From assembly GCA_030390025.1 (NCBI GenBank), contig JASTWF010000070.1:620001-684000 (forward strand): a stretch of DNA of 64,000 nucleotides, in the 5' to 3' direction. This document shows positions 36,958-48,699 of this stretch, piece after piece. The notes below the pieces were generated by a model. That model ran no database searches and had not been told where the DNA came from. It was given only the letters and a program-made list of their open reading frames with translations. Both the position numbers and the translations under genes were made by a program. Every line of letters starts with the position of its first letter. The stretch's first letter is position 1. This DNA comes from Squalus acanthias. Its lineage: Eukaryota.

Positions 36958-37655
36958 CAGCCGTGGCTCAGTGGGTAGCACTCACGCTTCTGAGGCAGAA
37001 GGTCAGGGATTTGTTCAGGTCCCACTCCAGCGACTTGAGCCCATAATCCAGACCGACACTCCCAGTGCGGTACTGAGGAAGCACCGCACTGTCGGAGGGG
37101 CAGTACTGAGTGAGCGCCGCACTGTCGGCGGGGCAGGACTGAGGGAGCGCTGCACTCTCGGAGGGTCAGTACTGAGGGAGCGCCGCACTGTCGGAGGGGC
37201 TGTACTGAGGGAGCGCCGCACTATCAGAGGGGCAGTACTGGGGGAGTGCCGCACTGTCTGAGCGTCAGTCCTGAGAGAGCGCCGCACCATCGGAGGGGCA
37301 GTACTGACGGAGCGCCGCACTGTCAGAGGGGCAGTATTGAGAGAGCGCTGCACTGTTGGAGGGGCAGTACTGAGGGAGCGCCGCACTGTTGGAAGAGCAG
37401 TACTGAGGGAGCGCCGAACTGTCGGAGGAGCAGTACTGAGGGAGCGCTGCACTGTTGGAGGGACCGACTTTCGGACGCAACCTTAAGCCGAGGCCCCGTC
37501 TGCTCTCTCAGTTGGCTGTGAAAGATCCCAGGGCCACTATTTGAAGAAGAGCAGGGGTAGTTCTCCTCGGTGTCCTGGGCCAATATTTATACCTCAGTCA
37601 ACATCAATAAATGAGATGTCCTGATGATTATTACACTGCTGTTTGTGGGAGTTTG
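36958..37655 (+). mobile_element. tRNA-derived SINE with ~12 tandem 33-bp units (37063-37460)
   Basis: Same unit as 18792-18960. Confidence 0.8.
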
Positions 37656-38419
37656 ATTGCATTCAATGTTTTGCAACACATTCATGTTGTGTCAGATACT
37701 GTGTCTGAGCAATCAAACACTGCATTAATATAGAATACCTTGACTTTGATAAAGATTGCATCAAAGTTGCCTACATTACATTTGGTGTATCAAACAAAAA
37801 TGAGGTTTGACCCTTTGGTATTTTGCACATAGGTAGTTGGTGATCATCATCCTTCTAATGGGATGAATGGGAAAGGGTTTCGGCCCCTGGAATTATGCAA
37901 AATGAGAATTAACTGATAGGTTTTCCTGTTGCATTCAAAAGCAATCAATATAGAAGACTTTTGTCCATCGGAGTTCCGTGTAATGGCAGTGAATGCGGGG
38001 AAGGTTCACTCCCTTTGAATTCTGTACATGCAAAATGAGCAGCAAGAGGGTTTGTGTATTCAGGTTCCATATATTTACAACGAATGGACAGTTTGTTAAT
38101 TAAATTAGAGCCAGGCCGTTCAGGAAGCACTTCTTCACACAAAGGGTAGTGAAAATCTGGAACTCTCTCCCCCAAAAAGCTGTCGAGGCTGGGGATCAAT
38201 TGCAAATTTCAAAACTGAGATCGATAGATTTTTGTTGGGTGAGGGTATTAAGGGTCACAGAACCAAGGCGGGTAGATGGAGCTAAGATACAGATCAGCCA
38301 TAATCTAATTGAGTGTGGGACAGGCTCCAGGGGCTGAATGGCCTCCTCCTGTTCCGATGTTCATGGACTTTAATCTTTGTATCAAACCTGTACGGAGTCG
38401 GCACGAAAGTAACAAAAAA

Positions 38420-38720
38420 ACCATTCCTGCAAATTCAAAGTTTATTAGAAGGACAGTCTCCTTACCGTGTAGGGTCAGTGGTGCTTCCTCGAACCGGAAT
38501 GCTATTTTCTGGGATGTTTCCAGACGGGGTAACAGAGCGACGCACCGATTCCCGGTACAATAGACCCGGACGGGACCTACAGCAACAGAAGTCACATCAG
38601 TGTCTCGGTGCAAACTTGGAGCAGCGGCGCTCTCTGTACTTAGTGCTGTTCCACTAGACTTCTCCAGCTAAAATATGGAGAAGAGCGTGTCGGGGAAAAC
38701 TGTAGAGAAAGCCAGGAAAG
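38420..38720 (+). pseudogene. Frameshifted C1 exon relic of the A/B receptor family
   Basis: RTVSLPCRVSGASSNRNAIFWDVS / GTIDPDGTYSNRSHISVSVQTWSSGALCT / aagagcgtgtcg, in shifting frames. Confidence 0.8.
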
Positions 38721-40719
38721 AGTGAGAGATGTGCAAAAGACTCTTTCACTGCAATCCCTTCACTACATCGAATTACAGAGAATGTGCAGCACAGAAACAG
38801 GCCATTCGGCCCAACATGTCCATGCCGGTGTTTATGATTCACACGAGCCTCCTCCCATCCCTTTTCATCTCACCCGATCACCATATCCTTCTATTGCTTT
38901 CTGCCTCACGTGTTTATCTAACTTCTCCTTAAATGCATCTATGCTATTTACCTCAACCACTCCCTGTGGTAGCGAGTTGCACATTCTAACCACACTGTGT
39001 AAAAAAAAGTTTCTCCTCAATTCCCTATTGGATTTTTTAGTGACTATCTTATATTGATAGACCCTAGTTCTGGTCTCCCCCAGAAGTGGAAAATCTCCTA
39101 TATGTCTACCCTATCAAACCCTTTCATAATCTTAAAGTCCTCTGTCAGCTCACCCTTCAGACTTCTCCTTTCTAGAGAAAAGAACCCCAGCCTGTTCAAT
39201 CTTGCCTGATAGTTATAACCTATAAACAGGGATGGACAATTAATAGAGACTGAATAAACGGAGTTCAACTGGGTGCTGTCTACAATCCACATTTCTTAAT
39301 TCCCAGAATTATCCAGGTAACCAATTATTCACAGGAGTGAATCCAGGTAAATAAGATTAACTCGCAGCATAATTCACTGTAAAATCTAATGGCCATGTTT
39401 TAGGTAACTGATTGATAAACCTTTACATCTGAATAATATACTTTTTAAAATAACAGCTTATGCCAGAAAATAGCAGTAAGAGTGTATACCTCTTGGCTGG
39501 GGAATCTAGAACCAGGGGTCACAGTCCCAGAATAAGGGGTCGGCCATTTAGAACTGAGATGAGGGGAAATTTCTTCACTCAGTGGGTGGTGAATCTTTCG
39601 AATTCTCTACCCCAGAGGGCTGTAGAGGCTCGGTCGTTGCGTATGTTCAAGATAGAGAACGACAAATTTGTGACTATTAAGGGAATCAAGAGATATGGGG
39701 ATAGTTCAGGAAAGTGCAGATGAGGTCGAAGATTAGCCATGATCTTATTGAATGGCGGAGCAGGCTCAAAGGGCGGAATGGTCTACTCCTGCTCCTATTT
39801 CTTCTGTTCTTGTGTACCACGCTGTGATCCACAAACTCCCACCATCAAAGTACTTGAATATTTCATAATAACAATGCGAAACAACATTCATTTTATCGCT
39901 CTGACATCCCAACAACTCAATAATTATTTCCAGTCAATTAGTCTCAAAATAGATTAATGATTCAATTTTTATATAGCTGAAACTGAAATCTGAATGGGGT
40001 CGTTCATTTAACCAAACGCCCCCTGGAGGCAACATGTGATAAGGGTGAGTGTCTGATGGCGTTTCTCTGTCACCCCCTGGCGACTCCTTTTCACACTTCA
40101 GAGCTGAGGTTTGGAAGCAGAGTGAGGATCACTTCCTTCCGGTGACTCCCAGAAAAATTGCAATGTTCAATGGACAATGATACCCACAATGCACAATCAA
40201 TTCAGGACATCAGTGGAGCCCGTAGTGGTAGAGCGGTCGTTCGGAGTAAATTTGGTTCTGGGATGCTGGTATCCCAGTCTCTGTAAAGGAGAATAATCAG
40301 GGGTGTAAACTCTGCTGGCCTGTATCCTAACTCGCACCAAGTCCCATTCACCTATCACCCCCTGTGCTCGCTGACCTACATTGGCTCCCGGTCCGGCAAC
40401 ACAGCACTCCTCTCAGGGGTCTGGTTGGGCCAGAATTCCCGATTAGTATTACACGTTACTGCGAGATGGAAACTGATTCGTAGTCTGCCTAACTTTTGAG
40501 TACAGAAGCGCCCCATAACACGTGGGAGATATCCCAGCCCTCGGCCAGCTTCAGAGTAGAGTCAAAAACCTTCAGGAGCTGGAATTAGCATTAAAGACTG
40601 GAGAAATCTGGAGAGATTGGAGTAAAATCACTCACTGTTGAGCATATGGAAGCAAATACACTAAACGGCACAAGAGACCAAACCAAACGCTACTGCGGCC
40701 AAAAAGGGTGAGATTTGCA

Positions 40720-41265
40720 CAGACTAGGCTAGAATCCCCTTGAATATAGAAGATTAAGGGGCGATCTAATTGAGGTGCTTAAGATGATTAAAGGATTCGA
40801 TAGGGTAGAGAGAGAGAAACTATTTCATCTGGTGGGGGGGCGCGGGGGGAGTCTAGCACAAGGAGGCATCAACTTAAAATTAGAGCCAGGCCGTTCAGGG
40901 GTAATGCCAGGAAGCACTTCTTCACACAAAGGAAATCGGGAACTCTCTCGCACAAAAAGCTGTTGAGGCTGGGGGTCAATTGAAAATAGCAAAACTGAGA
41001 GAGATAGATTTTTGTTGGGAAAGGGTATTAAGGGTTATGGAACCAAGACAGGTAGATGGAGTTAAGATACAGATCAGCCATGATCTAACTGAATGGCGGA
41101 ACAGGCTCGAGGGGCTGAATGGCCTCCTCCTGTTGCTGTGTAATAGGCTCCAGGGGCTGAATGGCCTCCTCCTGTTCCTGTGTAACAGGCTCCAGGGACT
41201 GAATGGCCTCCTCCTGTTCCTGTGTAACAGGCTCCAGGGGCTGAATGGCCTCCTCCTGTTCCTGT
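40720..41265 (+). mobile_element. CR1-type LINE 3' fragment ending in four tandem 42-bp tail copies (41100-41265)
   Basis: Unit caggctccaggggctgaatggcctcctcctgttcctgtgtaa. Confidence 0.85.
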
Positions 41266-42736
41266 GATCCTAACTGGGAAAATAAGATGCACGTTTCTCG
41301 GCCTGAACTATGGGTTGTGTTGATTCTGAGGCAGTCGCTTATGTAGCACTGTTACCGTCTCTCATGCAGATTATCGCACTGACCATAACTGTACATGTAC
41401 CGGCGGGAGGGGTGAGGTGGGTCGGGGTACCGATTAGTAACGCCTATACTGAGCTCACCCCCAGACTGAATTAAAATAGCGCCAAACCGTGTGTAGCTGG
41501 GAAATGCCAGGATGACCCCTCTCTGCTGGCTCCAGATCACATCTGGCTGAAGCTGACAACATCTGAAAGCGAGGTGGCAGAGCTGGTCACCTGTACCTGA
41601 ATGTGCTCTCCATGTAGAGTTTTGGAACTTTATACTAGGGAATCTTTTCCCCAGGAAAGCACTCCTTCTCTCGCCACAGACTCGCCACCCTCGCCCATTG
41701 ATTCGCCCCCTTCCCGGTCTCAATCGACCCAGACTGTTCGCAATCTCAGGGACCTATTGCACCCATATCTGAGTTCCCCGGCCTATGACTTGTCCGTCTC
41801 AAAGGCCGCCTACTTTCAACTAGCTAACCTTTCCTGCCATCCCCGCTAACTCAGTCCACCTGCCGTTAAACCCTCATCCAAGCCTTTGTTACCTCCTAAC
41901 GTGACTTGTCCAATGTTCGCGGCAGCCCTACCTAAGACAATTGGTAATCTTGAGCTGATCCAGAACTTTTCCGCCCGTAGCCCATCCCCCAGAAGTCCCA
42001 CTCACTCACCATCCACGGTCTTGCTGAACTGCAGGGACTCCTCATCCCCCAAGGCCCCCTGTTTAAAATTGTCATCCCCTTGTTCAAATCCGTTCATGGC
42101 TTCGCCTCTCCCTATCTCTGTAACCCCATCCATCACTATCTACCCCGAGCTCTCTGTGCCCCCCGAATCTGGCACTAGAGAAGCCATAATAAAATATTTA
42201 CAAGGTTGAAACACAACTGAGAGGATATATCTTTCAGGAAAGATAGAACAGGCCTGAGCTCTTTTCTCTAGAAAAGAGAAGGCTGAGGGGTGACCTGATA
42301 GAGGTCTTTAAAATTATGAAAGGTTTTGATTGGGTAGACATAGAGAAGATGTATCACTTGTGGGGGAAGACCAGAACTAGGGGCCAATAAATATAATACA
42401 GTCACTAATAAATCCAATGTGGAATTCAGGAGAAACTTCTTTACCCAGAGAGTGGTGAGAATGTGGAACTCGCTAGCACAGGGAATAGCTGAGGCGAATA
42501 GTATCGATGCATTTAAGGGGAAGCTTGATAAACACATGAAGGAGAACGGAATAGAGGCTTATGCTGATAGTGTTAGATGAGGAAGCTGGCAGGAGGCTCG
42601 AGCGGAGTATAGACACAGGCATGGTCCAGTTGGGCTGAAAGTCCTGTGTGTGCTGTACATTCTATGTAATCCACTCAATGTCCCTTTAAGTGCTGATTAA
42701 AGACGGACCACTTTAAGCTCGTGGCAGCATTTCATG

Positions 42737-42742
42737 TTTATT
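42737..42742 (-). promoter_or_regulatory. Putative polyA signal of IgL copy 2
   Basis: AATAAA ~310 bp after the stop; conserved at 55804-55809 in copy 3. Confidence 0.55.
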
Positions 42743-43048
42743 AAGAGCTGTGTTACACAAGTTCCCAATCACAATATGATCACAGACTAAAGAGAAATCT
42801 GTCCCCATTCAACACACAGTGAAAGTTGACACACAAGATACTGGGGACAGTTGTACAGAAAGTTCCATCTCACAAAGCTGGACAATCATTTCAGTCACTT
42901 CAGTTATTAAACATTCGGATTGTTTGCCAAAAACTGAAATTGTTACAGCGATTACATTGCAAAAAAGGTGGATTGCACACATTGAATGATCTGTTTAATT
43001 ATATTAAACACGAGCTAGAATCAAACTCCGCCGACAACTTGCACCGCC

Positions 43049-43377
43049 TCAGTCGGAGCACGTGGAGGCGCTGATGGTCTTGAGAAGAGGCGAGCTCAGG
43101 GAGCCGTGGCTGACGCTGCAGGAATAGCTGGAGCCCTTGTTCCAGCCGGCGGCGGGGACTCTCAGGTAACTGCTCAGGCTGTAGGTTTGATCGCTGTCCG
43201 GGGACACGGCGCCTGTCGTCACCCCGCTGTCTGTCTCTTGGCCATCCACGCTCCAACGGAGCCGCACCAAGCCCGGCTTAAAGCGACTGACCAGGCAGGA
43301 CAGAGTGGCCGATCCCGAGCCGATTTCTTCCGAGGAGGGAGGGAGGAGAAGAACCGAGGGGCTTCGATCCTCGCTGC
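43049..43377 (-). CDS. IgL sigma-cart copy 2 constant exon
   Basis: cacacag|SEDRSPSVLLLPPSSEEIGSGSATLSCLVSRFKPGLVRLRWSVDG..TYSLSSYLRVPAAGWNKGSSYSCSVSHGSLSSPLLKTISASTCSD*. Terminal Cys for the H-L bond. Confidence 0.93.
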
Positions 43378-46300
43378 CTGTGTGTGGGGGGGAGAGAAAA
43401 TTAATTAGTTTTTGGAATGCGTCAGCAGTGGGACGCTCTGATCTGAAATCAAAGATGCCAAAGAACCCCGAACAACATTCACTTTAAAATAAATTACTGA
43501 TTAATACAGGAGATCCAATAAATTCTTAAATCTCTAATTCCTCTGCTCCTCTGCCAATTATTTTGCCTGCATTACAACAGTGACTTGGTTCAACTGTATT
43601 TCATTGGTTGTAAAGCGCCTTGGGGCGTCCTGAGGTCGTGAAAGGCGCTGGAGAAAGGCAAGTCTCCCTTTCTTTCTTGTAAAATAGCACAGAAAATGCA
43701 GAAATACAGACCGGGTCAGTCAGGATGTGAGTGGCGGAAAGATCAGTAACTGACCAGTTCAGGTGTAGGTTACACCCCCGGAACCGCACTAACCTGACTG
43801 TTCCCGTTACAGAAACTAACAGACCGGCCGTGTATTCCCAGTATTTTCAGTTTTTATTTAATTTCCTACAATTGCAGTTTTTTCCCTTTTTACTTGAAAA
43901 TAATAAAGCGTTTCATTGTCTTAAAATGCGGTCAGTGTTAACTTTAAAGAGATGAAATCACGGAACTGTAATCGGCTTTTCACCGAGAGTTCACATTATG
44001 TTCTGATATCTCAAACTAATGCAGCCCTTTCAAAGAGCCGCCACAGGCACGATGGGCCGAGTGACCTCCTTATATCATTGTATAGGATTCGGGAGTTTTT
44101 TTAACAATTCGTATTTTTTTTAGAATTGCGAGTTAGAAACTGATCGGCTTAAATGTTGCGGCGATGACAATTAAGCCGAGACTGTTATCGGGTATTGAAG
44201 AGCTCACTGAATAAAGAGAGGACATTGTACATGGGCTGGGAATTAATGTAGTGACTCTGCCTAACAATATTGTAAATGGTTTACACAGAATTACACAGAA
44301 TATACAGCACACAAACAGGCCATTCGGCCCAACAAGTCCATGCCGGCGTTTATGCTCCACTCGAGCCTCCTCCCATCCTTCCTTTTCTAACTCTATCAGC
44401 ATAACCCTCTATTCCCTTCTCCCTCATGCGCGTATCTAGCCTCCCCTTAAATGCATCTATACTATTCGTCTCAAACTCTCCCTGTGGTAGCGAGTTCCAC
44501 AGTCTCCCCACTCTCTGGGTAAAGAAGTTTCTCCTGAATTCCCCATTGGATTTCTTGGTGACTATCTTATATTGATGGCCTCTAGTCATCCTCTTCCCCA
44601 CAAGTGGAAAGATTCTCTCTGCAACTACTCCATCAAAACCTTTCATCATTTTAAAAACCTCTATTCGGTCCCCCCTCAGCCTTCTCTTTGATGAAGGGTT
44701 TTCACTGATTGATATTTCCAGTGAAATGGGGAACAAGGATTGTAAAAGATTCTCGCTACAGAGGCAAGTAAGGATTCCTCCCCGCGCGGGTAAATTGATT
44801 TCTCTCTCGGGATCAGGTCAGTCTCGCTGGTCCCGGAGCGATCCGTTCAACACTGGGCGGAAGCGGGACCCGACAGATCAACCCAGGAGAATCGGCGCTA
44901 TTTCCAGGAGGACACTGCACAGGGAGAGTCAGCAGACACAGCCTGGGGGAGGGGAGAGGGTCAGCAGCGAGAGAATGAGATGGAGAGAAAGTTCCCTTCA
45001 ACAAGCATCACCCAGTCTCAATCATACACACGGGACTGGTCAGTAATTGTCACTGCGCCGCTCCATGGTCATGCGGCGGTTCTGCTCTTTAAATAGCGAG
45101 GAGATTGCGAATAATGAGCTCAGACAGTTTAAATACCGCAGCACGAAATTCAGAATAAAAGCGGTCCCGTCAAACGAATACAATCCCGACTAGTCCCGGT
45201 GTTGCTGGCGACAGGGAGTCGATCCAACCGGTTGTGTGCTGGGACAGCGGGTTTCGGGAGGGTCCTCTCTCTCTCCCAGCCCAGAGCCGGACACCCGACG
45301 GCTGCGGTCAGGGGGACAATACGCCACAGGAATAAAACCAGCAGCAACTTTGAAAGTTGCAATTGACGGTAAATGGGTTGGGATTCCCCCGGGGTCTCTC
45401 CCGCCGGCTCCGGGCAATCTTTTTATAATCGGGCGGTGCCGACTCTGGACAATAGGAATAATTCTACATACACTAAGGGAATAAGTAAGGGATTGCAAAG
45501 AATCACACAGGACAGAAGGAGGCCATTGGGCCCATCGTGCTTGAGCCGTCTCTTTGAAAGAGCTCTCCAATTAGTCCCCTCCCCTGCTCTTTCCCCATAG
45601 CCCTGCAATTTTTCCCCTTCAAGTCTCAGTGTAACATAGTGACATATTCAGTGTCCACTGCCAGAACTTCACAGTGTCGCTCACAACTTTCCTCTCTCTC
45701 TCTCTCTATCTATGTCTCTTACTGCACCCGAATGATACCGGGGCTTGGCGGGTTAAATTACGTGGACGGGTTGCATAAACGTGGCTTGTATTCCCTTGAG
45801 TTTCGAAGATTCAGGGGCGATCTGATCGAGGAGTTACTCCCACTCCTCTTTTCCCGTGGCCATGCATTAATCCTTTTCAAGTATTTATCCAATTCCCTTT
45901 TAAAAGTTACTATTTAATCTGCTTCCACCGCCCTTACAGGCAGTGCGTTCCAGATCACAACAACTCGCTGGGCAAAGAATATTCTTCTCCTCTCCCCTCA
46001 AGGTTTTTGCCAATTATCTTAAATCTGTGTCCTCCGGTTACCGACCCTCCTGCAAGTGGAAACAGCTTCTCCTTATTTACTCTATCAAACCCTACATAAT
46101 TTTAAACACCTCTATCAAATCTCCCCTTAACCTTCTCTGCTCTAAGGAGATCAATCCCAGCTTCTCCAGTCTCTCCACATAACTGAATTCGCTCATCCCT
46201 GGTTCTATTACAGGTAATCTGCTCTGCAACCTCTCGAAGGATTTTAATACCTTCCTAAACCAATTTACTGTTTACATTAATTCATAACGTAAAGTATTTA

Positions 46301-46635
46301 TCCAATTCACTTTTGAAAGTTACTATTGAATCTGCTTCCACCGCCCTTTCAGGCAGCGCGTTCCAGATCACAACAACTCGCTGCGTAAAAAGAACACTTC
46401 TCCTCATCTCCCCTATTGAATGGGAGCAGGAAATGGTGTAAAACTTCATTTCAGCTCAGTATTATACCTCGAGGCGCTCCAACAATTCCAATTCTGAAAA
46501 GTTTCGCATTTTTTGTGCATAAATAGATCCAACAACAAAATTCACTGAATCGAGATTTCCCTGGCGCCCGGAATGAAAGCGAGTGTAAATTAAAAATTGC
46601 AACAATGTCAATTATAGAATGTGAGGGTAACTTAC

Positions 46636-46989
46636 TCTTTATACTCAGGGCGGTCCCCGGTCCGAAGATGTATCCCGGAGCCCACACAGCACAGTAATAG
46701 ACGGCGGAGTCACCGGGCATCAGGGTTCCGATGGTCAGAATGTAACTGTTACCGGAGGCGTCTCTGGAAGGTTGAAAACGATCTGTGAAGCCGGTGCCTC
46801 GGTATATATCATTATCTGTTTCATATGTTAGCACCCACACCGGAGCTTCCCCGGGTCGCTGTCGGAACCAGTACACGTAATTGCTGCCCACAGCCCCGTT
46901 CTGCATCGCACACTGTAACCGGACGGTCTGGCCCGCGGAGACAGGATCGGATATTGGGGACTGATTGAGGACAGGAGCCGCCAGAACAC
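46636..46989 (-). CDS. IgL sigma-cart (type I/NS5) copy 2 germline-joined VJ exon, in frame
   Basis: APVLNQSPISDPVSAGQTVRLQCAMQNGAVGSNYVYWFRQRPGEAPVWVL..YRGTGFTDRFQPSRD..DSAVYYCAVWAPGYIFGPGTALSIK. GTAAGT donor, no RSS between V and J. Full CDS is 243 aa. Confidence 0.93.
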
Positions 46990-47141
46990 CTTCAATAAAA
47001 GAAAAAAATCAACCCATTCAGAGACTTGGAGCAAATAGGACGTTAATGCCTCAATAAACACGGAGAGAAAACCGCCCGATTCTCGGTATTGAACCGATTT
47101 AGTTGCGGATAAACCCGTGTCTAAAACCATCCGTCTCTCAC

Positions 47142-47190
47142 CTGTTAAATGGATCAACAGAGCCCACAGGAGATGCATCGCTGGAGCCAT
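47142..47190 (-). CDS. IgL copy 2 leader exon
   Basis: MAPAMHLLWALLIHLT+G, GTGAGA donor. Confidence 0.92.
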
Positions 47191-47321
47191 TTCCTCCGGA
47201 GAAGCGCCAACAGCCGCCGCCCAAATTTCTGACTGAACCGTGCGCTGTTCCTGTAAACTCCGGGACCCGGTTCGGTTACAGTGTCTGCAAACCCGAGACT
47301 CCGGGTCTATTTATTACCGGT

Positions 47322-47329
47322 ATGCAAAT
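47322..47329 (-). promoter_or_regulatory. IgL copy 2 octamer
   Basis: ATTTGCAT on the gene strand, upstream of TAATAAATAG. Confidence 0.85.
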
Positions 47330-48699
47330 AGCTGGGAGGAGCCAGGAAAAGGAATGAGGCAGATTTTTAATTCGGGATTTTTATTTAAATCTATTTGTGC
47401 CTGATTAATTTATTACAAACTTAAACCTTTAATATACAAATGTTTAAACGCTAATTGGAGTTTCTGTTCAGGGAAGGTACCAAGATTCCGAAGATTTTTG
47501 CGATAATGAATATTTAGGCTGTGTTCTACCCCAGAAAAATGAGGGGTGGATTGTAGAGATACGGTTCAGCTGATGCACTTCGGCCGGAATCGTTCTGATA
47601 ACGCGCTGTTACTCTCCGATATACTGCATCAGATTTTAAAATAATCTTTTCCCCCTAAAATACATATTTCATAATAGACTGACGCCCACTTCTCTAAATC
47701 AGCAGCAAGACAACCCCGGATTTGTCAATCCCTTTAAAATTGAGGTTTCAATTGAGAAATATGATTTGGGATTCAGTCTGTAAATATATTTCTGATGAGA
47801 ATATTCCTGAGGCGCAGTAAAGAGCTAATTAGATGAATGAGAAAGAGGGGTAGAAAGCGGCATTTTGCACACTGCCCCGGATTAAAGAGAAGTTGTTCAA
47901 TTATAGTCTGAGTCATCCCCTTTAAAACTCAGGAGGGCAAATAAAACTCGGCACAATATTAATAAAATGACACCTCGCCTTTTATTTTCTGCGGGCCCAT
48001 TAATGCGCGCAGTTCCCGTTTTAAACTCTGTTCCAGTTGAATTATTAAGCGGCGCGGTCAGTTGTTTCTGGGGCTCTGAGATGTTGAACATTTCCCCTGT
48101 TTGGAGTCAATCCCTAACTCCCCACACTGAGTCTTGGTTCATGCTTTTAAAAGTCAGGTGAAACTGGTTGGTGTCAGTTCCTTGAGGGCGAAAGAAACAA
48201 GTAGCAATTTGTTAATAATTGGGTTGTCTCGAGATATTAGCGTCAAAGGAATAATATTTTTTGTTTATTAAATATCTGAATTGTATAACTGTGAAGTTAG
48301 GTATTCCTCTGTTTCTTAGAAAAACACACAGAGCGGCCGGAGGAATTCTCGCCCCCTGGAGTAGCCGGCACTGAATTCGGGCAGGGATTGGTTCTCACCT
48401 GGACAAGGGGCTTTTCGGTGAAGCCCAGGTGCCTGGTTCTGTTTCTGCGCTTGAACTGATCACTGATTCCTCTGGTCGGTTAATATTATTAAAGAGGCTT
48501 TGGTGCTGTGACTGGAGCTGCTCTCTCAACCTTGCACAGGTCCCCAGAGCATTGTCACTGCTGACACTGACACGGCTGACTGGAGAACCAATCATTACAG
48601 AGCATTGGCCACACCGCGCACTGCACCTTGGGAACTGTAGTTCCACATTGGGCAATAGCCAAGATCAGCGTGTCTATTGACACCACTGTGTCAGCTCTA

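Noticed and set aside
37063-37460. Regular 33-bp repeats (also 18792-18960) resembling a CRISPR array
   Set aside because: Head-to-tail units with no unique spacers, inside a SINE in a vertebrate genome, with no cas genes.
41350-41420. Possible TM-exon relic downstream of the C1 pseudo-exon
   Set aside because: Only a few matching bases (cataactgt); no supportable alignment.
45670-45700. CACAGTG heptamer in the J-C intron (also 58450-58456) as a possible RSS
   Set aside because: No ACAAAAACC-like nonamer at 12 or 23 bp and no adjacent coding segment.
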